64,000 nucleotides of DNA from a bacterium. Lineage in GTDB: Bacteria; Bdellovibrionota_C; UBA2361; CALJRW01. Positions 9,110 to 19,222 of this stretch are shown here, in pieces. Numbering within the stretch: the first letter of the stretch is position 1; each line of letters begins with the position of its first letter. A program made the translations under genes and the position numbers. Location: the NCBI GenBank assembly GCA_031385045.1, contig JANNBC010000025.1, forward strand, positions 32,001 through 96,000, read 5' to 3'. Under the pieces are notes generated by a model, which had not been told where the DNA came from, ran no database searches, and was given only the letters and a program-made list of their open reading frames with translations.

Positions 9110-9922
9110 ATGTGGAATAAGATTAAGGAATTTAGTGATATTTTATTTGAAATTTCTGCTGGTCATTTACCAGAGGGAGTTGCTAAGATCACAATCAATC
9201 GCCCTGAGCGACGCAATGCTTTTCGCCCCGAAACTGTGTCTCAATTACAAGAGGCTTTTATGGTTTGTTGGTCAAATCCTGCTGTTAAAACAATTATCCT
9301 AACAGGCGCAGGAGACCTGGCTTTTTGTGCTGGTGGCGATCAGAAGATTCGTGGTCATGCTGGATATAAAACTGAGCAGGGTGGTGAAACCTTAAATGTT
9401 TTAGAGTTACAAAGAATTATTCGAACAATTCCTAAACCAGTAATTGCCATGATTGCTGGATATGCCATTGGTGGTGGTCATGTCCTACACGTAATTTGTG
9501 ATTTAAGTATTGCGGCTGATAATGCAATTTTTGGTCAAACAGGCCCAAGGGTTGGATCTTTTGATGGTGGATTCGGGGCTAGTTATTTAGCAAGAATTGT
9601 TGGCCAGAAAAAAGCGCGTGAAATTTGGTATCTTTGCCGGCAGTATAATGCCACAGAGGCTTATCAGATGGGATTAGTGAATAAGGTCGTGCCACTTGCG
9701 GAGTTAGAGCAAGAAACACTTGATTGGTGTAAGGATATTGTTAAACATAGTCCAACTGCATTAAGATTATTAAAATCTTCCTTTAATGCCGAGCTTGATG
9801 GACAAGCAGGTATTCAGGAGCTGGCTGGTAACGCAACTATGTTATTTTATCAGACTGCTGAAGCACAAGAAGGTCGCGATGCCTTTGTTGAGAAGCGCAC
9901 ACCTGATTTCTCTAAGTTTTAA
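9110..9922 (+). CDS. menB: 1,4-dihydroxy-2-naphthoyl-CoA synthase
   Basis: [71 protein letters not shown] at 9110 preferred over TTG at 9074. Confidence 0.96.
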   Translation: MWNKIKEFSDILFEISAGHLPEGVAKITINRPERRNAFRPETVSQLQEAFMVCWSNPAVKTIILTGAGDLAFCAGGDQKIRGHAGYKTEQGGETLNVLELQRIIRTIPKPVIAMIAGYAIGGGHVLHVICDLSIAADNAIFGQTGPRVGSFDGGFGASYLARIVGQKKAREIWYLCRQYNATEAYQMGLVNKVVPLAELEQETLDWCKDIVKHSPTALRLLKSSFNAELDGQAGIQELAGNATMLFYQTAEAQEGRDAFVEKRTPDFSKF

Positions 9923-9934
9923 ATTACTACACAG

Positions 9935-11143
9935 TTGAACCTAATCGATTTAGAAGCATATTTAGTAAGTAATCCAGTAAAGACAATTTTACTACATCTG
10001 GAGAACTCCTTAACTTATGTTGAATTAATCCAGTTTCTTGGACAAAAAGATCTACAGCTAATCTTATTAAATCCTCGGGAATTAACTTCTAAGATTCAAG
10101 AAATAAATCAACACCAACACATTGATTTAGTCATTAGTAATCTTAGCGATTTACCAAATATTACACATTTCTCCCCAGAGAAAATTTTCATTCCACGCCA
10201 TTCACACCTAGATGATCAGCCAGAATTTTTAGCGCAAGTCTCGATCTTAAGTTCTGGAACTGAAAACTTAAAACTCTGGACCTTTAATTTAAAAGAGCTT
10301 TTTCTGCGAGCTAGGATGTTTGTGGAACATTTCAGTTTGGGGAACGCTAATTTTATATTATCAATTTCTTTTGCTTCAATCGCCGGCCTAAATCTTTTGC
10401 TTCGAGCTTGGCAGGCACAGGGGAGTATCGAATTTGAATTAGAAGAAGCTAGTAGTTTTGAAGACACAGTGGTTTCCTTATTCCCAACGCAATTAAGACT
10501 CTGGTATCAGAATAATCTAGCTTTAATTCATCAACTAGAATCAGCTCAAGTCATTTTTCTAGGAGGCGAGCCCCTAGACCCTGTTTCTGAAAAAATTATT
10601 CAAGATTTTAACCTACCAGTTGTTTTAACCTATGCCTTAACTGAGGCAGGAGGAACGGTAGCTTGTAAGAATATTTTTGAGGATTTCTATCAAGGTTTAC
10701 CGGAGTATACATTTAGGATTGAGAAGCAAGAAGATACGTCTCTTCAAAATTCTGGCCAATTGATCATTGAGCGGATGGTTGAGGATCGTAAGATTCAGAT
10801 TCCAACCAATGATTTTGTAGAGTTAATTTCAGATTCCCAAATCAAAACAATTAGTCGAAAAAAGACTTTTGTAAATCGTGGTGGTTTTAAATTTGAAGTT
10901 GGTTTTTTAGAACGTAAAATCGTCCAAGCTTTTACCTTTAAGCATCTGACGTGCCTAAAGTTTCCTGACCAAAGTTTTGGTGAAAGAGTTATTTGTTTCT
11001 ATCAAGGGGAGGCTTCAGTCGCTCAGCTGGAAGAGTGGTCCAAGGCTAATCTAGCGGTTTACTTACAGCCAGAGTTTCGGGAAGTAGCAGATTGGCCAGT
11101 TCTCAGTAATGGTAAAACTAATCTACGGGCTTTAAATCCTTAA
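9935..11143 (+). CDS. menE: Divergent AMP-binding enzyme, probable o-succinylbenzoate-CoA ligase
   Basis: FLGGEP, TYALTE, NRGGFK, PD..FGERV, P.LSNGK; follows menB; P-loop degenerate (SSGTENLK). Confidence 0.6.
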   Translation: MNLIDLEAYLVSNPVKTILLHLENSLTYVELIQFLGQKDLQLILLNPRELTSKIQEINQHQHIDLVISNLSDLPNITHFSPEKIFIPRHSHLDDQPEFLAQVSILSSGTENLKLWTFNLKELFLRARMFVEHFSLGNANFILSISFASIAGLNLLLRAWQAQGSIEFELEEASSFEDTVVSLFPTQLRLWYQNNLALIHQLESAQVIFLGGEPLDPVSEKIIQDFNLPVVLTYALTEAGGTVACKNIFEDFYQGLPEYTFRIEKQEDTSLQNSGQLIIERMVEDRKIQIPTNDFVELISDSQIKTISRKKTFVNRGGFKFEVGFLERKIVQAFTFKHLTCLKFPDQSFGERVICFYQGEASVAQLEEWSKANLAVYLQPEFREVADWPVLSNGKTNLRALNP

Positions 11144-11229
11144 ATAAAAGCTATTGTTATCTATCTTTTTGAATCCCTTTATTTCGTCTATAATCTAAAG
11201 CTTATGTTCATTTCTACCGATATTTTATC

Positions 11230-12090
11230 ATGTATTTAAGGTTTCTCACAGTTTTTTGCATTTTTTCATTATTTGCAGGTAATTGTTTTGCTCAAGCCTG
11301 TGTTGGTGGAGTTGATACCTCTGGTAATCAGACTACACCTACTGGATTAACTAATTTTTTTGTTTTGTCATCAGAGGAATCTTTTAATGCACCATCATTT
11401 AGTACGTTCGATGTAGTAGCAAATCCTAGTATTGATGGGGACCGCTTTGATATTGATAAAATGGGCCGGAGCGTTGCGGCACAGATTGTTCAGCGACAGC
11501 TTGCCGTTGATTATTTTGTGAATCAGTTTGGTGTTAACTTTAGCACCACTGTAAACGCTGACACTAATCATACTCAAAAATCTTGGGTTAGTAATGATGG
11601 TAAGTGGAAGATGTATCATTTTACAATTGAACCAAGATATAACCAAAGAATTGTTTATTCTGGTGGAGAATATGTTCCAACTGATGGTTGGAAAGTTAAT
11701 CAGGGATTTTATCGGATGATGGCTGAATCTGGAAATAATACAGCGTCAACTACAGGCGCATGGGGAGAACTTGTTACAAGAACTGTCTTGGACTCCACCT
11801 TCGCTGATTTTGGTGAAATGAGGATTGAACAACGTTTGCCTTGTGTCACTAGTGGATTTCAAACATCTAATATCGATCTAAATTATGAAAGTATCAGACC
11901 AACCTTTCTCGACGTACTATCTAGGTTTGGAAGTTCTTATGGGTATTTAGGAAATCGAGCAAATATTGATTACAATATTTATAAAGAATCAACTGCTCTA
12001 ACAGGAAAAGCTCGTGGACGAGTAGAATTAAAATCTTTCGGAAGTAATAATTATACCGCGCAAGTTCGAATTGTTTTGAAACTTAGTTAA
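11230..12090 (+). CDS. Secreted protein paralogous to the C-terminal domain of 4252..8898
   Basis: Signal peptide; shared blocks P.GLT, GD.FD, A..(F/Y)F...(Y/F)G..F, (Y/F)GE.......PC, GR.E. Confidence 0.75.
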   Translation: MYLRFLTVFCIFSLFAGNCFAQACVGGVDTSGNQTTPTGLTNFFVLSSEESFNAPSFSTFDVVANPSIDGDRFDIDKMGRSVAAQIVQRQLAVDYFVNQFGVNFSTTVNADTNHTQKSWVSNDGKWKMYHFTIEPRYNQRIVYSGGEYVPTDGWKVNQGFYRMMAESGNNTASTTGAWGELVTRTVLDSTFADFGEMRIEQRLPCVTSGFQTSNIDLNYESIRPTFLDVLSRFGSSYGYLGNRANIDYNIYKESTALTGKARGRVELKSFGSNNYTAQVRIVLKLS

Positions 12091-12490
12091 TTGCTCCAAG
12101 AAAGGTTTCTTTCATTTTTTCAGTAATTGCCTGAAACTGACTCAGGCGCTGATAAGTAAAGCCTTCTCGTTCTAATATAGCTGTTCTCTCTGGTAAATAT
12201 TGTACACTTCCAAATTCATTTGTTCCCAATTTTCCAATCACTACAAAAAGCTCTGGTCGGTTACGGTCTTGATAAATTGACCATTTTAATCCCATCAGAC
12301 TGGCGTCATTTGCCTGCTCACAGACCATTACTCGATCTTTTCCTAAGCGTTCCAGAAAATTCATGGCGTCAGTTGTTAGGGCAGTTCTAAGCCCCGATCT
12401 ATGCTTCCAATCAGCGAGATATTCATCGGGGTTTCTTGGTAGGCTAGCTTGTGGGTGTTTGGTACAATGTAGTGGGATCATGAGGAACAC
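12083..12490 (-). CDS. Hypothetical protein
   Basis: 135-aa ORF filling the gap downstream of nadB; no recognisable motif. Confidence 0.5.
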   Translation of the reverse strand: MFLMIPLHCTKHPQASLPRNPDEYLADWKHRSGLRTALTTDAMNFLERLGKDRVMVCEQANDASLMGLKWSIYQDRNRPELFVVIGKLGTNEFGSVQYLPERTAILEREGFTYQRLSQFQAITEKMKETFLGAIN

Positions 12491-12577
12491 TTATATTACT
12501 TTGCTATTGTAAAACTAATCTATTCTTAGTCAAAGCAATTGCAACAAAATTACAAATTAAATTAATCTTGCGTCGAA

Positions 12578-14179
12578 TTAACTTAAAATTGTATCCTTTT
12601 GCATCGAATCACTAGTTTCTAGGTGATCAATATTATAATGTAAGCCGCGACTTTCTTTCCTGAGCATAGCAGAGCGGATTACTAAGTTTGCTACAAGACT
12701 TAGATTTCTAAGCTCTAGTAAGTCCGACGTTAATTTGAAATCCCAGTAGTACTGTTTAATTTCCTTTTCAATTAAATTACTTCGTTCCAGCGCTCGTTCC
12801 AGCCGTTTATCACTCCTAACAATTCCCACAAAGTTCCACATGAAGCGACGAATCTCTTCCCAGTTTTGGGTGATGACTACTGCTTCATTACTATCTTTGG
12901 CTGTTCCAATGTTCCAAGCAGGGATTGGAGGCAGACTTCTTTTTTGATCTAAATTTTGTAGTGAAGATTCAGCTGCGCGGTAAGCAAAAACTAGTCCTTC
13001 TAGTAAAGAATTAGATGCTAAGCGATTAGCACCATGAAGACCAGTGTGTGAGGCTTCACCAGCAACATAAAGGTTGGTAATTGTAGTTGCTGAATTTTGA
13101 TCTACCACTACACCACCACAACAATAATGGGCGGCAGGTACAACTGGAATGGCTTGTTTAGTAATATCAATTCCAAACTTTAAACAGTTATCATAAATAT
13201 TTGGAAAGTGATTTTTAATAAATTCTTCACCTCGATGACGAATATCTAACATGACATGATCTTCCCCGTGAGCTTTCATTTCATTATCAATTGCCCGAGC
13301 GACGATATCACGAGGGGCAAGTTCTGCCTGAGCAGAATACTTATCCATAAATCGTTTGCCATTTATCCTCGTTAGAATTGCTCCTTCACCGCGCATTGCT
13401 TCGGTGATCAAAAAAGATTTAGCTTGGGGATGATATAGGCATGTCGGATGAAATTGAAAAAATTCCATATTAGCAACAGCAACACCTGCACGGTAGCACA
13501 TAGCAATTCCATCTCCAGAAGCAACGTCAGGATTAGATGTATAGAGATAAACTTTACCTGCTCCACCAGTAGCCATCAAGACTCGGTCCGCAGTAAAGAT
13601 TTCCACGTGACCTTTAGGATTTAAGACATAGGCTCCGAGTACTCGATTATTAAGATTTGTTTCAAAATTTAATTTATGGGTGGTGATTAAATCGACTGCA
13701 TTATAATTAGGAAAAAATGTAATATTAGAATTTCGTTCACAGGCTTCAAGTAAAGTCTTTTGAATTTCCCAACCTGTAGCATCGGCGTTGTGTAATATAC
13801 GACGACAAGAATGTCCGCCTTCTTGATGTAGCTCATAAGAAGCACTTCCTGCTAAACGATCAAAGTTGGCTCCATAATCAATTAATTCTTGGACACGCTC
13901 AGGGCCTTCAGAGACAACTATTCTGGCGATCTCTGGATTAACTAAACCAGCACCAGCATTAATTGTATCTTGGATGTGTAATTCGAAAGAGTCATCTTCT
14001 GTTTGCACGGCAGCAATTCCACCTTGTGCCCAAGCAGTGGAAGATTCCTTGGTCGATTTCTTAAACAGCACAGCAACCGTTCCATGTTCAGCAACTTTTA
14101 GGGCATAGGAAAGGCCAGCAATGCCTCCGCCGATAACTAGGAAATTGTAACTTGTTTGGGGAGATAATGCGTTTGGCAG
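12578..14179 (-). CDS. nadB: L-aspartate oxidase; true start lies upstream of the ORF-track start, probably CTG at 14179
   Basis: STAWAQGGIAAV, EGGHS.RRILH, QFHPT, LITEAMRGEG, AAHYCCGG, GLHGANRLASNSLLE; in-frame upstream FLVIGGGIAGL FAD motif. Confidence 0.95.
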   Translation of the reverse strand: MPNALSPQTSYNFLVIGGGIAGLSYALKVAEHGTVAVLFKKSTKESSTAWAQGGIAAVQTEDDSFELHIQDTINAGAGLVNPEIARIVVSEGPERVQELIDYGANFDRLAGSASYELHQEGGHSCRRILHNADATGWEIQKTLLEACERNSNITFFPNYNAVDLITTHKLNFETNLNNRVLGAYVLNPKGHVEIFTADRVLMATGGAGKVYLYTSNPDVASGDGIAMCYRAGVAVANMEFFQFHPTCLYHPQAKSFLITEAMRGEGAILTRINGKRFMDKYSAQAELAPRDIVARAIDNEMKAHGEDHVMLDIRHRGEEFIKNHFPNIYDNCLKFGIDITKQAIPVVPAAHYCCGGVVVDQNSATTITNLYVAGEASHTGLHGANRLASNSLLEGLVFAYRAAESSLQNLDQKRSLPPIPAWNIGTAKDSNEAVVITQNWEEIRRFMWNFVGIVRSDKRLERALERSNLIEKEIKQYYWDFKLTSDLLELRNLSLVANLVIRSAMLRKESRGLHYNIDHLETSDSMQKDTILS

Positions 14180-14405
14180 GGGGAACTTTCTAAAAATAGG
14201 AATAATTTCTATATAATATAGCTGAGTCTGTAGGCTAGGTCTATCATCCAGATTTAAGTTAAGAATTGAGTTTTAGTAGAGCATGATGGAGAGTATTAAC
14301 TGCTTGATTTTATTAAAACAACTATAGATTTTGATGATAATTGAAAATGTCACATAGAGAATTAAAATTTCATAACTGTCTTAGATAATTTTTCAGCCAA
14401 ATAGG

Positions 14406-15566
14406 ATGATTCAAATGAAAATGACAAGAGAGGAGTTTTTAAAGCCAGTCCGAAGTATGGAAGTTTTGGCTGTGGCAACTATTGGATTCTTAGGATTTAG
14501 AAATTGGGATCAAAAGCGAACCTATCATCGGACTAATAGTTCTAATGCACTGGTGGGGCATGTGGAAACAGATCCTGTAGTATCTAAGTTATCAGTCAGT
14601 CTAACTGGGTACGTCAATAGTTTATCACTTTTAAGAGATGAGTATGCCTCAGCTTATCGTCATGTTCGAATGGTTCCAGTTGTTGTTCCTAGTGGTAAGG
14701 GGCGCGTGACAATTCAGATGCGACCAGAAACTTACTGGTCAGAAGAAAAAAATATTCCCAAACATTCTGAGATTGATCAGTGGCTTGCAACTAGTAAAAT
14801 ATTGTTAGAGAAAGGGGAATATCTTAAAACTCCAGAATTAATTGATATCACTAGGTTACAAAGTGTTGCAATAAAGGCTGAAAAGGGAGATGCCACAAGT
14901 CAGAAAATTTTAACTACAGTAATTTATGGAACACTTGCTGGTGCAACTTTGATGTATGAGGAAGCCTTCGCTTTGTTAACTAAAGGTTATAGTAGCTATC
15001 AGGAAAGTTTGGAATCAATCTCGCTTCCACATGAAGTAAAGCGTCGTGATGTAATTAAATTAATTTCTGGACTTGCTGGAGTTTTAGTAGCAAGTGGTAT
15101 TAATTATGGAATTGATCAAAGTCTAAGTCAGGGAGAGAAAAAATTAAAAACTTTAGTTACTACAGTTGATCTGGAAACAAAACTTACCGCCTCTCAGTTG
15201 ATTAGCAATTATTTTGAAAGGGATTTGGGTTCCATGATTAGCCTTGTTGAATCGCAAATCAACACTAGTGCTGATGCTCTAGGAAAAGGGGTTAGTGAAG
15301 CAAAAGTTTCCGGAGCAATGAAACAGTTTCAGCAATCAGCTTCAGAGTTATCATCGACACTGAAGGAAATTGCTAATAACTCCGATTTTAATGAAGCTTT
15401 AGGATATTATTCTGCCTGTGGAACCGCTACTCAAAAACTCAGTAATGCTTCAGCAGGGGAAGAGCGTTTAGCTAATATGGCTGTTGTTTTTGAAGGCTTA
15501 GGAGTAACAACTGTTATGGGGTTACTGATCACTCTTGGTGAAAGATATAATTTGAGCCATCGCTAA
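14406..15566 (+). CDS. Hypothetical membrane-associated protein
   Basis: 386-aa ORF with hydrophobic N-terminal, internal and C-terminal segments. Confidence 0.7.
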   Translation: MIQMKMTREEFLKPVRSMEVLAVATIGFLGFRNWDQKRTYHRTNSSNALVGHVETDPVVSKLSVSLTGYVNSLSLLRDEYASAYRHVRMVPVVVPSGKGRVTIQMRPETYWSEEKNIPKHSEIDQWLATSKILLEKGEYLKTPELIDITRLQSVAIKAEKGDATSQKILTTVIYGTLAGATLMYEEAFALLTKGYSSYQESLESISLPHEVKRRDVIKLISGLAGVLVASGINYGIDQSLSQGEKKLKTLVTTVDLETKLTASQLISNYFERDLGSMISLVESQINTSADALGKGVSEAKVSGAMKQFQQSASELSSTLKEIANNSDFNEALGYYSACGTATQKLSNASAGEERLANMAVVFEGLGVTTVMGLLITLGERYNLSHR

Positions 15567-15702
15567 AAGATTGCTCTTTCTAGATCTGATTGGAGTTAGA
15601 TGGCTTTTAAAGCTTTGGACAAAGATCGACAATTAAATTAATATTAATACTTCGGATGTTGTAAGCATTCAGATTGCTACTATTTGTTATTATTAATTAT
15701 CC

Positions 15703-16749
15703 ATGGGAATAAATTGCGCTACTTTAGCAGAAACTAAAGAACAAATGTTTAAGAAATTATCTCGTGTTGTTCCAGAGATAGAGATTCCCTATAAAGCAGA
15801 ATTAGTCTTTAAGATTAATCAATTAAAAAAAGAAAAAAATGTTGTAATTCTTGGCCATAATTATATGGAGCCAGCACTTTTTCATACAATCCCAGATATT
15901 GTCGGAGACTCCCTACAGCTTTCGCGCGAAGCTGCTAAAACTAATGCCGATATTATTATTTTCTGTGGTGTGAGGTTTATGGCAGAGACGGCCAAGATTC
16001 TAAATCCTGATAAAACAGTTTTATTGCCGACAAGAGGAAAGGCTGGATGTTCTTTGGCCGCCGCTATCACTGCTCAAGATGTTCGGGATTTACGAGTAGC
16101 TTATCCAGGACTTCCTGTCGTGGCTTACGTCAACACATATGCTGATGTAAAAGCTGAAATTGATTATTGCTGTACTTCTGGAAATGCAGTGAAGCTAGTT
16201 AAGTCTTTAGGCGATCAGCCAATTATTTTTCTACCGGATGAGTATCTTGCAAAAAATGTCGCTGATGAACTCGGTCGCAAAGTTGCCATCGCTAGTCCTG
16301 GAAATTACCCAGAAATTAAAGATGGAGTTTCGATTATTGGTTGGAAGGGGTGTTGCGAGGTCCATGACAAGTTTACTGTTGAGGATATTCAAATTGCTAG
16401 AAGGCAATATCCTGATGTAGCTGTAATTACTCACCCTGAATCTCGCCCGGAAGTAGTCGCAGCATCAGATTTTAGTGGAAGTACCAGTGTGATGAATGCT
16501 TATGTTAAGAATTCTCCGGCAAAGCGTTTCCTAATCCTTACTGAGTGTAGCATGGGGGATAATATTATCGCTGATAATCCTGATAAAGAGACTTTACGGA
16601 TGTGTCATGTGCGTTGCCCTCATATGAATCAAATTACCTTAGAAGATACATTATATGCCCTAGAGCATAATGAAACGGTTATTACCATTCCTGAAGATAT
16701 TAGAATTCGGGCCTTAAAGTCAGTAGAAAGGATGCTAGCTATTGGTTAA
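15703..16749 (+). CDS. nadA: Quinolinate synthase
   Basis: ILGHNYM, GDSLQL, FCGVRFMAETAKILNPDK, AGCSLA, YVNT, CTSGNA, C.VH, HPE, CPHM. Confidence 0.96.
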   Translation: MGINCATLAETKEQMFKKLSRVVPEIEIPYKAELVFKINQLKKEKNVVILGHNYMEPALFHTIPDIVGDSLQLSREAAKTNADIIIFCGVRFMAETAKILNPDKTVLLPTRGKAGCSLAAAITAQDVRDLRVAYPGLPVVAYVNTYADVKAEIDYCCTSGNAVKLVKSLGDQPIIFLPDEYLAKNVADELGRKVAIASPGNYPEIKDGVSIIGWKGCCEVHDKFTVEDIQIARRQYPDVAVITHPESRPEVVAASDFSGSTSVMNAYVKNSPAKRFLILTECSMGDNIIADNPDKETLRMCHVRCPHMNQITLEDTLYALEHNETVITIPEDIRIRALKSVERMLAIG

Positions 16750-16799
16750 GAGAGTAAAATAGGCTATATTACGCGCTAAAGTTTTTATTATATCGTAGT

Positions 16800-17105
16800 A
16801 TGGGTCAGCCAACAGTAGAACAAGCCGTTAGAGAATTATGTATTTCAACATTACCTCGGGTCACTGAGTGCGGTGTGATTTTCAAATCATTACCACGCGA
16901 TCATGAAGGGCGTTATGTAGTTCAAGTCGAGGGACCAAGAAGCATGTCAAACATAACATTTGATTATGATGGCGCTGTTCTTCCATCAATTAGAAAATTT
17001 CTTTCTCCAGATGTTTTAGGATATCTAAAAAAATTACCAGATGCTGGCTTATATTTACCTTATGACGGACCAGATTGGATTCCAAGTTCTGCCCTTAGAT
17101 CCTAA
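16800..17105 (+). CDS. Hypothetical protein
   Basis: 101-aa ORF, co-oriented after nadA. Confidence 0.5.
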   Translation: MGQPTVEQAVRELCISTLPRVTECGVIFKSLPRDHEGRYVVQVEGPRSMSNITFDYDGAVLPSIRKFLSPDVLGYLKKLPDAGLYLPYDGPDWIPSSALRS

Positions 17106-17250
17106 TAGGTAATCAAACTCCTTTTTCAGGTTGAATAAATAGAATCATTTCTGAGGTAACATGTCTTTTTCGTTATAAATTACTAAAATAATAGAATCCT
17201 GGAAGATTTTTATAACATCTTAAGCTCAGCTTATGCTATAAAATTTGACT

Positions 17251-17844
17251 ATGGAATTTAATTTAGAAACTATTTTTTGGATCTCAGCAGTTGTTGGATC
17301 TACTTTTTTTATCTTGAAAACAGCAACAATGTTTTTGGGGTTAGGACATGATTTTGATCTAGCAATTGATCATCAATCCGATCTTCATGGACTTGATAAT
17401 GCGGGTTCTGTCATGGCTTTTAAATTCATGTCGTTAACAGGAATCACAACTTTCTTAATGATGTTTGGCTGGGGCGGTTTAGTTGTCCTTAGGCAGTACC
17501 AAATGTCAGCGCTTGTCAGTTCCATTTTAGCAGTAGTGTTGGGAGTTCTTGCTGTTCTATTGATCGCCGTAATTTTTAAGTATGCTGTGAAATTACAGAG
17601 CTCTGGAGCGGATTATACGGCCAAGGATATTATTGGTTTACACGGCCAAGTCTATTCTCAGATTCCAGCAAATGGCCAAGGAAGAATTCAGATTAATGTT
17701 GGAGGTTTAGTTCGCGAAATTGATGCAATTAGTGCGGAACAAGTTGCGATTGCCTCCCATTTAAATGTTGAAGTTGTCAGTCAGATAGATCCAAATACAG
17801 TTTCAGTAAAACTTATTAATAATTTAAATCAGGGAGATAAATAA
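17251..17844 (+). CDS. NfeD-like (YuaF-type) membrane protein
   Basis: TM helices with FLMMFGWGG, C-terminal OB-fold G..GQVY..IP..G.G.I; coupled to flotillin. Confidence 0.85.
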   Translation: MEFNLETIFWISAVVGSTFFILKTATMFLGLGHDFDLAIDHQSDLHGLDNAGSVMAFKFMSLTGITTFLMMFGWGGLVVLRQYQMSALVSSILAVVLGVLAVLLIAVIFKYAVKLQSSGADYTAKDIIGLHGQVYSQIPANGQGRIQINVGGLVREIDAISAEQVAIASHLNVEVVSQIDPNTVSVKLINNLNQGDK

Positions 17845-19178
17845 TGTTGTGGTTAATTGTTGGTTTCGTCGTTATCGCTTTTGTTTTTGTTGTTTTTATT
17901 GCTTCACGCTATGTCCGTTGTCCGGGTAATCAGATTTTGGTTGTGCAAGGTAAGGTTGGTGAAGGACAAGCTGTTAAGTGTTATCACGGGGGAGCAACTT
18001 TTGTTTGGCCTTTAATTCAACAGGCTTCCTTTTTGGATTTAACTCCTCTGACAATTAATATCCCCTTAAAAGGCGCATTATCGCTACAAAATATTCGAGT
18101 CAACGTCCCGAGTACTTTTACTATCGCAGTTGATACTAGTCGTGAAACAATGAATAACGCCGCCGTTCGTTTACTAGATTTAGGGCCAAGAGAAATTGAG
18201 TTAATGGCTAATGAGATTATTTTTGGTCAACTTCGTTTAACAATTGCCTCGCTTCGCATCGAGGAAATTAACCAAGATCGAGAAAGATTTTTAGAATCAA
18301 TTAAAAACAATATTGATCCCGAGCTTCGTAAAATTGGACTTTACCTAATTAACGTAAACATTACTGATATTACTGATGAGTCAGGCTATATTGAAAGTAT
18401 TGGTAAAAAAGCTGCAGCAACGGCAATTAACCAAGCGAAAATTGACGTAGCTGAGCAAGAGAAGAAAGGGGAAATTGGTAAGGCAGAAGCTGATCGAGAT
18501 CGCCGAGTACAGGTGGCAATGTTTGATTCTCAAGCTGTGGAAGGGGAGAATAATGCTAAGGCTCAAATTGCTGATTACAATGCCGAATTAGAAGAAAGAG
18601 CTGCTATCGCCCATCAAAAAGGGGAAGTTGCTAATCAAAAAGCTATTACTGAAATTCAAATTGAAAAAGCTAAAGCTGAACATCGTCGCTTAGAAGCAGA
18701 AGAGATTGTTCAGATGGAAATTGATAAACGCAAAGTGGAAATTCAAGCTGAAGCTGAAGCTCAGAAACTTCGTAAAGAAGCATCAGGGGAAGCTGATTCG
18801 ATTTTACTTGTTCAAACTGCTACTGCCGAAGGTATTCAAAAAGTTCTTGATGCCAAAGCTGAAGGTTATAAGCGATTGGTGGCCTCTTGTGCCAATGATC
18901 CAAAAGAAGCAGCAACGATGTTGCTTGTTGAAAAACTAGAAGAGATTGTGAAGTTACAAACTGAAGCAATTAAGAATATTAAAATTGATAAAATCACAGT
19001 TTGGGATAGTGGTAATGGAGAGAAAGGAAGCTCTACTGCAAATTTCATGAGTAGTATGGTTAATTCCTTACCGGCATTACATGATGTTGCTGGTATGGCA
19101 GGAATTGATTTGCCTAAGTATCTAGGTAAGGTTCAGGAAGAAAAAGCATCTCAAATTCGCCTTGATGCCAATTCGTAA
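17844..19178 (+). CDS. Flotillin / SPFH domain protein
   Basis: GGATFVWPLIQ, ALSLQNIRVNVPSTFT, LINVNITDITDESGYI, AEA-rich coiled coil, KIDKITVWD. Confidence 0.93.
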   Translation: MLWLIVGFVVIAFVFVVFIASRYVRCPGNQILVVQGKVGEGQAVKCYHGGATFVWPLIQQASFLDLTPLTINIPLKGALSLQNIRVNVPSTFTIAVDTSRETMNNAAVRLLDLGPREIELMANEIIFGQLRLTIASLRIEEINQDRERFLESIKNNIDPELRKIGLYLINVNITDITDESGYIESIGKKAAATAINQAKIDVAEQEKKGEIGKAEADRDRRVQVAMFDSQAVEGENNAKAQIADYNAELEERAAIAHQKGEVANQKAITEIQIEKAKAEHRRLEAEEIVQMEIDKRKVEIQAEAEAQKLRKEASGEADSILLVQTATAEGIQKVLDAKAEGYKRLVASCANDPKEAATMLLVEKLEEIVKLQTEAIKNIKIDKITVWDSGNGEKGSSTANFMSSMVNSLPALHDVAGMAGIDLPKYLGKVQEEKASQIRLDANS

Positions 19179-19184
19179 ATAGAT

Positions 19185-19211
19185 GCTCGTGATGCCTAGG
19201 GCATCACGAGC
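19185..19211. terminator. Hairpin between convergent genes, putative bidirectional terminator
   Basis: gctcgtgatgcc-tag-ggcatcacgagc, perfect 12-bp stem. Confidence 0.6.
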
Positions 19212-19222
19212 TATCATTAGAA

